Part shown: positions 57,011-64,000 of the stretch, piece after piece
Numbering within the stretch: the stretch's first letter is position 1
Layout of the letters: every line of letters starts with the position of its first letter
NCBI GenBank assembly: GCA_963823765.1
Contig: CAWGML010000001.1
Span: 131,642-195,641 of the forward strand
Length of the DNA stretch: 64,000 nt
Source: Candidatus Dormiibacterota bacterium
GTDB lineage: Bacteria > Chloroflexota > Dormibacteria > Aeolococcales > Aeolococcaceae
Direction of reading: 5' to 3'
Translations under genes and position numbers: made by a program
Notes under the pieces: generated by a model
The model's input: the letters and a program-made list of their open reading frames with translations, nothing else
The model's database searches: none
What the model was told of the DNA's origin: nothing

Positions 57011-57948
57011 GGCTGCCGCTCGGTGACGAGCTCGCCGGCGGCGGCGACCCTGTGGACCTGACCGTCATCGACATGGCGGCGGTCGACTGGACCAGGGTGC
57101 GCCGCAGCGCCTACGTCATCGAGCTGCGCATCACCTACCGCTACGAGGGCCCGGTGCGGCGGCTGCGGCAGCGCCTCGTGGTGCAGCCGCGCGAGCAGCA
57201 CGGTGACCAGCGGCGCATCTCACGCCGTGTCGAGGTGGTCGACGCCACCCCGAGGCGGGTGCGCACCACCCCGGACGACTTCGGCAACCACGTCGTCGAC
57301 ATCGATGTCCCCTATGTCGCGGAGCAGGTCACGTTCCTCTCCTCGAGCGTGGTCGAGCGCAGCACCAGGTCCACGCACCTCGCCTCCCTGCGACTGCTGC
57401 GCGATCCCCGTCTCCTCGAGCCCACGCCGCTGACCGCCCCGGACGCCGATCTCGACGGGCTCATCGGGGAGTTGCGCGCCACCGGCTTCGAAGGCGCGGA
57501 GCTCGCCACCGCAGCATGCCTGCGCGTCCACGAGCTGATGCACTACGCGCACGACGTCACCACGGTGCGGACGACCGCCGCGGAGGCGTTCGCCAAACGA
57601 ACCGGCGTCTGCCAGGACTTCGCCCACGTGCTGCTCGCGCTGACCCGTGGTCTCGAGCTCCCCTCGCGCTACATCTCCGGGCAGCTGCTGGGGTCGGGCG
57701 GCTCCCACGCCTGGGTGGAGGTGCTCGTGCCGGACGGCTCTGGGCACGCGCGTGTGCTGGCTCTCGACCCCACCCACGGATGCAACGCGGGGATGACCTA
57801 CCTCACCATCGCGGTCGGTCGCGACTATGCCGACATCGCCCCCGTGTCAGGCACGTATGTGGCCCCGCACGCGGGGATCCTCACGATGAGCAAGCGGGTC
57901 TCGCTGATGCGCATCGACCACCACGACGACGAGCGCGTGGCCGTCTGA
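57007..57948 (+). CDS. transglutaminase-fold family protein
   Basis: The GTG overlaps the upstream stop (GTGA at 57007-57010). Only the C-terminal 313 codons of ORF 54952..57948 are credible. The core contains GVCQDFAHVLLALTRGLELPSRYISGQ, SHAWVEV and DPTHG. Confidence 0.8.
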   Translation: MRLPLGDELAGGGDPVDLTVIDMAAVDWTRVRRSAYVIELRITYRYEGPVRRLRQRLVVQPREQHGDQRRISRRVEVVDATPRRVRTTPDDFGNHVVDIDVPYVAEQVTFLSSSVVERSTRSTHLASLRLLRDPRLLEPTPLTAPDADLDGLIGELRATGFEGAELATAACLRVHELMHYAHDVTTVRTTAAEAFAKRTGVCQDFAHVLLALTRGLELPSRYISGQLLGSGGSHAWVEVLVPDGSGHARVLALDPTHGCNAGMTYLTIAVGRDYADIAPVSGTYVAPHAGILTMSKRVSLMRIDHHDDERVAV

Positions 57949-57958
57949 CACCCCCTGC

Positions 57959-59291
57959 TCAGCCGAGCAGGTCGCCGGCAACCGCGGTGTACAGCTCGAC
58001 CGTGAGACGCAGCGACTCCTGGTCGACACGCTCGTCGTTGGCGTGGAACATCTCGCTGAACTGTTGCTGGGACATCGCCCTGCTGTACAGGGCCATCCCG
58101 TACGCCGGCACTCCCATCGCGCGGAAGAAGCGCGCGTCGGTGCCGCCCGCGGTGAGCGTGGGGATGCAGCGTGCTTCCGGGTACACGGAGGTCGCCGCGC
58201 GCGCGATCGCGTGCCACAGCGGCGTGTCGACCGGCGACTCGGACGGGTCGTCCCGCTGGATGACCTCGATGTCCACCTCGCTGCGCAGCGCTCCGAGCGC
58301 CGTGTCGAAGAACTCGAGCACGTCCTCGTCGGTCTGGCCGGGCACCTTCCGGATGTCCACCTCGATGTCGACGCGCCCGGGGATGACGTTGGTCTTCTCA
58401 CCGCCGCGGATGACATTGGGGCTGGCGGTGAGGTGGGTGAGCGCGTGGGCCATGCCGGCCAGTCCACGCGGCAGCTGGCCCAGTCCTTCCCAGATCCGTG
58501 CCGGGTCTACGAGAGCGTCGGCGACCGCCGGCTCGAAGCCCATCCCGGCCACCCACCGCCGCCAGGCCTCGGTGATGTGCGCCGCGGTCGGGTACGCGGC
58601 CAGGCGGGTCACGACCTCGGCGGCCTTGACCAGCGCGTTGTCGGCGTGCAGCGGCCGTGAGCCGTGTCCCGGCGTGCCGTGCACGCGCACGCGGCACCAG
58701 CAGATCCCTTTCTCCCCGACGGTGACGCCGATGCGCTCCCCGGCTGCCGTGTGCTGCAGGACGCCGCCGTTCTCGGTGACCACGTAGTCGCAGCGGATCG
58801 CGTCGCGCGCGTGCTCGGCAAGCCATCCCGCCCCGAGCGCGCCGCCGGCCTCCTCGTCTGCCACGGCCAGGAACAGCAGCGTGCCGCGTGGCCGCCGTCC
58901 CGAACTCGGCCAGTCGCCGGGTGGTCACCGCCATCGACGCGGTGAGGTTGAGCATGTCGATGGCGCCGCGTCCCCACACCACCCCGTCGACGAGCTCGCC
59001 GCCGAGCGGGTCGCGCTGCCACCCCTCAGGGTCGACGGGCACGACGTCGGTGTGGCCCATGAGCATCAGCGTCGGTGCGCTGGGGTCGGTGCCCTCGAGC
59101 CTGGCGACCAGCGAGGCGCGCCCGGGCAGTGACTCGAAGGTCTCCATCTCGACACCGCAGTCGTGGAGGTGCTCAGCGAGGAGCTCTGTGCTGCGGATCT
59201 CCTGGCCCGAGTCGGGGGTGCCGTCGTTGATGCAGCCGTTGCGGATCAGCCGCTGCAGCAGGTCGGTGACCTCGGCGGCGATCTCACTCAT
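57959..59291 (-). CDS. M20/M25/M40 family metallopeptidase (ArgE/DapE-like); frame broken at 58902-58907
   Basis: The N-terminus is in ORF 58398..59291, with LMGHTDVVPV and WGRGAIDM. The rest is in ORF 57959..58864 from ..RGTLLFLAVADEEAGG, with NVIPGRVDIEVDIR and TAGGTDARF. Confidence 0.85.
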
Positions 59292-59361
59292 CCGAGCTCG
59301 ATGCTAGCGAACCAGGGCGCCGCCAGGACGCTGCAGGCGCCGAGTGGGCGAGGATAGGCGC

Positions 59362-61222
59362 ATGCCCGTCGACGAGAAAGCCATGCCACGCCGTGCAGAT
59401 CTGCGCAATGTCGCCATCGTTGCTCATGTCGACCACGGCAAGACCACGCTGGTGGACGCTCTCCTCAAGCAGGCCCGCGTGTTCGCCGCCCATGAGCAGG
59501 TGGGCGAGCTGATCATGGACAGCAGTGACCTCGAGCGCGAGAAGGGCATCACCATCCTCGCCAAGACCACCTCGATTCGCTACAGGGGAGTCAAGCTCAA
59601 CATCATCGACACGCCCGGGCACGCCGACTTCGGCGGTGAGGTGGAACGAGTTCTCGGCATGGCCGACGGTTGTCTCCTCCTCGTCGACGCCGCCGAGGGG
59701 CCGATGCCACAGACCCGCGTGGTGCTGCGCCAGGCGCTGGCGCTCGGTCTGCGCCCGATCATCGTGGTCAACAAGATCGACAGGACCAACGCCCGCCCGG
59801 CGGAGACTGTCGAGCTGACCCACGACCTCCTCCTCGAGCTGGCCACCGACCCCGCCCAGCTCGACGCTCCCGTCGTGTACACGAACGGTCGCGCCGGCAC
59901 CGCCACGCTGGACCTCGAGCACGACGGCGTCACGCTCGAGCCGCTCCTCGACACCATCCTCGAGCACGTCCCGGCCCCGCCCGCCGACCCCGATGGGCCC
60001 TTTCAGATGCTGGTCAGCAACCTCGACCACGACAACTACAGCGGGCGGCTGGCGCTGGGACGCATCAGCACGGGAGTCCTCCGCGTCGGCCAGGCCGTCG
60101 TGGTCTGCACCGCCGACGGGGTCGGGCCGCGCCAGCGCATCGGCACAGTCATGACCGTCGAGGCGCTGCAGCGCATACCGGTGGAAGAGGTCGCCGCAGG
60201 CGAGATCGTCTACATCACCGGACTTGCCGACGTCGCCATCGGTGACACCGTGGCGGACGCCGACGATCCTGTGCCCCTGCCGCGTCCCGAGGTGGGTGAG
60301 CCGACCCTGCGCATGCAGTTCTCGGTGAACCAGTCACCGCTGGCGGGCCGCGAGGCCACCCTGAGCAGCACCTCGCGGCAGCTGCGCGCGCGAACTCGAG
60401 CGCGAGCTGCTCACCAACGTGGCGCTGCGCGTCGCCGACGGTCCCACAGCAGACATCTTCGAGGTGAGCGGCCGGGGCGAGCTCCACCTTGCCATCCTCA
60501 TCGAGACCATGCGTCGCGAGGGCTACGAGTTCGAGGTGTCCCGGCCGGCGGTGATCACCCGCGAGATCGACGGTCACCGCAACGAGCCCGTCGAGGAGTG
60601 CATCATCGACTGCAACTCGGATGCGGTGGGCGCGATCACGGAGACACTGGGCACGCGCGGTGGCCAGCTCCAGTCGATGCGTACCGACGCCGCCGGCAGG
60701 GCGCGTCTCATCCACCACGCGCCGACGCGCGCCCTGATCGGCCTGCGCAGCCAGATCCTCACGCTCACGCGAGGGACCGGCGTGATGTCGACGCGCCTGC
60801 TCGGCTGGGAGCGCTGGCGGAACCTTCCGCCCACCACGCGAAACGGGGTGCTGACCGCCAGCCAGCCTGGCACCGCAGTGGCCTACGGGCTCCTCGGCCT
60901 GCAGGAGCGCGGCCAGCCGTTCATCGGACCCGGCACCACCGTGTACGAGGGGATGATCGTCGGCCTCAACCGCCGCCCCGGCGACCTGCACCTCAACGTC
61001 ACCAAGCAGAAGCAGAAGACAAACATCCGCTCATCGACCGAGGACGCGACGGTGCGGCTGGTCCCGCCCCGCACCATGTCACTCGAGGAGAGCCTCGACT
61101 TCATCGAGGACGACGAGCTGGTCGAGGTGACGCCCCGGGGCATCCGGCTGCGCAAGCGGGTCCTCAATGCCGACCAGCGCAACAAGATCCGCAAGCGAGA
61201 CCAGGCAGCCGCAGTGTCGTGA
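59362..61222 (+). CDS. typA: translational GTPase TypA/BipA; frame broken at 60392-60397
   Basis: G domain motifs [27 protein letters not shown] and NKID are in ORF 59344..61524. After ..SRQLRAR the protein continues in ORF 60419..61222 ([34 protein letters not shown]). An alternative start exists at 59383. Confidence 0.9.
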
Positions 61223-61263
61223 CCCGGATCGGGGCACAGGCCGGCGGAGTGGAGCGGCCGCTC

Positions 61264-62127
61264 TCAGGCGGTGAGCAGCGCCTCGAGCATCGCCGCGAAG
61301 CCGTCGTCGGCATTGCTGTGCGTCCGTTCCGACACCGCTTCCAGCAGGGCGGGATGCGCGTTGTCCATCGCCACCCCGCGCCCGGCCCAGAGCAGCATCT
61401 CGATGTCGTTGTGGCCGTCACCGATGGCGACCACGTCCGCACGGTCGACGTGCGCGGCGGCGCAGATCTGCGCGAGGGCAGCCCCTTTGCTGACGCCGGG
61501 CGCATGGATCTCGGCGAACGGTAGGTGCGACCAGGTGACCATTGCGCGATCTCCCGCGGCCGCGACGGTGGCCGTGATCACGTCAGCCACCGGCCACGAC
61601 GGGTGGCGGACGACGATCCTGGTCACACCGTCGGCAAGGTGCGCATCGATGTCGTCGACCATGTCGACCAGGAAGCCGCGCGGGTCGGCGTCATCGCTCA
61701 CCGAGGACAACCGGCGGTGGGGTGGGATGGTCTCGAGGTAGCCGGCATCGCAACCACCCTCCAGGCCGCACGTCCAGGCGAAACAGGCTCCCGGCACCGC
61801 TGCCCGGACATCGTGGATCACAGCCTCGGCCAGCTCGGCTGACATGCGGACGTCCGTCACGGCCGACATGGTGTCGAGGTCACACGTCAGGGCGCCGTTG
61901 CAGCAGATGGCGACCCCGCTCAACCCGAGCGCCCTCGCCAGCGGCTTGAGCGTCTGCGGGCGGCGCCCGGTCGCCAGCAGCACGGTCACACCCAGGCGCT
62001 TCGCCTCCCTGATGGCGGCGACGGTGCGATCCGATATCCACGGCGCCTCGGGCCGCAGCAGGGTGCCATCCACGTCGGTCGCAACCAGCCGGACGCCACC
62101 GGGTGGACGCGCAGGTGGATCGATCAA
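61264..62127 (-). CDS. Cof-type HAD-IIB family hydrolase
   Basis: 287 aa with a TTG start in the track, so the start is uncertain. Motifs: LVATDVDGTLL, LLATGR, GVSKGAALAQICA, AIGDGHNDIEML. Confidence 0.85.
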   Translation of the reverse strand: MIDPPARPPGGVRLVATDVDGTLLRPEAPWISDRTVAAIREAKRLGVTVLLATGRRPQTLKPLARALGLSGVAICCNGALTCDLDTMSAVTDVRMSAELAEAVIHDVRAAVPGACFAWTCGLEGGCDAGYLETIPPHRRLSSVSDDADPRGFLVDMVDDIDAHLADGVTRIVVRHPSWPVADVITATVAAAGDRAMVTWSHLPFAEIHAPGVSKGAALAQICAAAHVDRADVVAIGDGHNDIEMLLWAGRGVAMDNAHPALLEAVSERTHSNADDGFAAMLEALLTA

Positions 62128-62149
62128 TTCCCTCGGCTCAGCGCGCTGA

Positions 62150-63391
62150 TCAGCGGCGCGGACGGCGGCGGTGGAAGTTGTTGGCGTTGGGTCCCCGCTG
62201 AGGTCGCCGTGGCGGCGTCGAGATCGGCACGCCCATCGCCGGGGTGGCGATCAATCGGATGTCGCCGGTGGTGAGCAGGTGCTCCGTGTCAGCGCCCGGC
62301 AGCTCGGGCGCGCCGAGCCGGCGGAGCTTGCGCCACTTCTCCGCGTCCTCGCGCGTGATGAAGGTGAACGCCCGTCCTGCGGCGCCGTTGCGGGCGGTGC
62401 GACCGATGCGGTGCGTCAGCCACTGTGGGGTCTCGGGGAGCTCGTAGTTCACCACCACAGCCACGTTGCTGATGTCCAGGCCGCGCGCCGCCACGTTGGT
62501 GGCGACGAGCACGTCGGCCTGGCCGTTGCGAAACGCCGCCACGGCACGGTCGCGGGCATTCTGCGAGAGGTTTCCCTGCAGCTCCGCGCTGCGGTGACCG
62601 CGCGCGTTGAGGTCGCGGGCCAATCCCTTGGCGCCGTGCTTGGTGCGGTGGAACACCAGCGCCGATCCCTTGTGGCGGCGCAGCAGCCGCGAGAGGGTGT
62701 CCACCTTGTTGGCGCGTTCGACGTGCAGGATGGCGTGCTCCAGCGTGGGCTCGCCCTGCGCCGTCACTGTGATGACGGCAGGATCGACGAGGTGCCTGTC
62801 GATCATCCGCTGCACCCACGCGGGCATCGTCGCGGACGTGAGCACCGTCTGGCGGCGGTTGGGACCAGTGCCCGGGGTGAGGGCGATGATGCGCTCGACA
62901 TCAGGCGCGAATCCCTGGTCGAGCATCTCGTCTGCCTCGTCGAGCACCAGGTACTCGATGGCCGCGAGAATTGCCTTGCCCTGGCGGGCAAGGTCGAGGA
63001 TGCGCCCGGGGCACCCGATGACGACGTCGGGGCTGCTGCGCAGCGCGCTGAGCTGGGACCCGTAGCCGACGCCGCCGTAGAGCATGGCGATGCGCAGCCC
63101 GCGATCGACCGTGCGCAGCACAGCGCCAATCTGGTTGGCGAGCTCGCGCGAGGGGGCGACGATCAGCGCCCGGGGACCGGCGTGCGGCCGATGTCCGGCG
63201 AGCCGCTCGACCATGGGGACCAGGAATGCCAGGGTCTTCCCCGAGCCTGTCGGGGCTTCTGCGACCGCGTCGCGTCCGGTCAGGAGCACGGGGATGGCCT
63301 GTTCCTGGACTGCCAGTGGTGTGGTGATCCTGGCCTGTTCCAGGGTTTGCAGGGTGCGCGGGCGCACACCGAGATCAGCGAACGATGTCAT
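62150..63391 (-). CDS. DEAD-box ATP-dependent RNA helicase
   Basis: Internal ATG (MTSFADLGV). Q-motif region TPLAVQEQAIP. Other motifs: AEAPTGSGKTLAF, DEADEMLD (DEAD), SAT, ARGLDI, HRIGRTAR. The C-terminal tail is basic. Confidence 0.9.
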   Translation of the reverse strand: MTSFADLGVRPRTLQTLEQARITTPLAVQEQAIPVLLTGRDAVAEAPTGSGKTLAFLVPMVERLAGHRPHAGPRALIVAPSRELANQIGAVLRTVDRGLRIAMLYGGVGYGSQLSALRSSPDVVIGCPGRILDLARQGKAILAAIEYLVLDEADEMLDQGFAPDVERIIALTPGTGPNRRQTVLTSATMPAWVQRMIDRHLVDPAVITVTAQGEPTLEHAILHVERANKVDTLSRLLRRHKGSALVFHRTKHGAKGLARDLNARGHRSAELQGNLSQNARDRAVAAFRNGQADVLVATNVAARGLDISNVAVVVNYELPETPQWLTHRIGRTARNGAAGRAFTFITREDAEKWRKLRRLGAPELPGADTEHLLTTGDIRLIATPAMGVPISTPPRRPQRGPNANNFHRRRPRR

Positions 63392-63608
63392 GTCTCTCCG
63401 AAGCCGAAAGGCTCTGCGCTTCCCCTCGAAGCTCTGGTCACATGCCTGGCTTGGGGAACCCGTGTGTGCACGGGGAGAGGAACCGCAAGAAGGGCAGTGG
63501 CACCTCACGATGGCGCCACGTCTGGGAGCAGCCTAACACGTCCGCGCGCAGCGATCGTCTTTCGTGGCCGGATTGTGAAGAGCCAGACGGCAATCGCGAG
63601 GCCGCGGC

Positions 63609-64000
63609 TCAGTTGGCGCGTGGCCCCTCGACCGCAGTCAGCGGTTCAGGTGGAGCCGGCGTCCCGCGTGACGGATTCTCGATCGACAGCATGGGCACGA
63701 AGACCTGGGCGAGGGGACCGATCCCCAGAGCGTAGACAACCGTGCCCAGGCCGACGGTGCCGCCCAGCAACCAGCCGCACGCAAGCACCACGAGCTCGAT
63801 GGCCGTGCGAACCAGTCGAATCGAGCGTCCTCGCGCTGCCAGGCCGGTCATCAGACCGTCGCGTGGACCGGGCCCGAGCCCGGCGCCGATGTACGCGCCT
63901 GTCGCGATCCCGTTGAGCCCGACGCCAGCGAGCATGGTCACCAGCTGCAGGGGCAGCCCGTGCGGCGGTGGCACGGTCGCGAGGACGACGTTGATGACGA
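63609..64000 (-). CDS. integral membrane protein (YczE/YitT-like), 5'-truncated by the window edge
   Basis: The ORF is open to the window end. Sequence GIATGAYIGAGLGPGPRDGLMTGLAARGRSIRLVRTAIELVVLACGWLLGGTVGLGTVVYALGIGPLAQ. The family assignment is tentative. Confidence 0.5.
   Translation of the reverse strand, partial: VINVVLATVPPPHGLPLQLVTMLAGVGLNGIATGAYIGAGLGPGPRDGLMTGLAARGRSIRLVRTAIELVVLACGWLLGGTVGLGTVVYALGIGPLAQVFVPMLSIENPSRGTPAPPEPLTAVEGPRAN

Noticed and set aside
13316-61222. Programmed ribosomal frameshifting or transcriptional slippage as the explanation for the frame breaks
   Set aside because: There are too many sites (14), in unrelated genes. None has a slippery heptamer, a long homopolymer or an in-frame stop-stimulated +1 context. 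The recurrent GAGT(T)C lesion points to a DNA or consensus-level cause.
61252-61263. Perfect 12-nt palindrome gagcggccgctc between convergent typA and the HAD gene, considered as a terminator
   Set aside because: It has no loop and no flanking U-tract. It is too short to be a credible intrinsic terminator and is probably fortuitous in GC-rich DNA.
1-64000. Search for rRNA, tRNA, CRISPR arrays, IS elements or integrases
   Set aside because: I found no regularly spaced direct repeats, no cloverleaf-like conserved tRNA segments in the few intergenic gaps, and no transposase- or integrase-like translations in any frame. By-eye scanning cannot exclude small ncRNAs.

Overview
This is a very GC-rich, gene-dense chromosomal segment of actinobacterial character. 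Supporting markers are a deazaflavin (F420)-type nitroreductase, a TIGR03086/DinB-type protein, Tat and lipobox signals, and an actinobacterial-style KdpF. I call about 64 protein-coding genes. I found no rRNA, tRNA, CRISPR array, transposase, integrase or prophage backbone.

Content from left to right:
- A Crp/Fnr regulator, a GT1 glycosyltransferase and a GH5 hydrolase.
- A seven-gene operon built around three tandem phage-tail-collar paralogues plus a CSLREA/beta-helix protein (6927-11799). This is my best candidate for an undescribed system.
- orn, a GH3 NagZ-like lipoprotein and an FAD oxidoreductase.
- A stretch rich in secreted proteins of unknown function: propeller/sialidase-like, Vgb-like, cupredoxin and beta-helix proteins.
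- corA and an ArsR/AHSA1/ABM operon.
- An unusual kdp locus with a split and duplicated KdpD sensor, extra small peptides, and kdpE upstream.
- An orphan FtsX permease.
- A six-gene acyl-CoA catabolic operon: ALDH, thioesterase, ligase, a FadE pair and an F420-type reductase.
- A circularly permuted ATP-grasp gene with three transglutaminase-fold genes, one ending in Gln7.
- An M20 peptidase, typA, a Cof-type HAD hydrolase and a DEAD-box helicase.

A striking technical or biological signal is that 11 genes carry 14 single-base frame breaks. Eight of those breaks sit exactly on the hexamer GAGTTC/GAACTC, apparently GAGTC plus one extra T. All functional calls come from my reading of the translated ORFs; no database search was possible.
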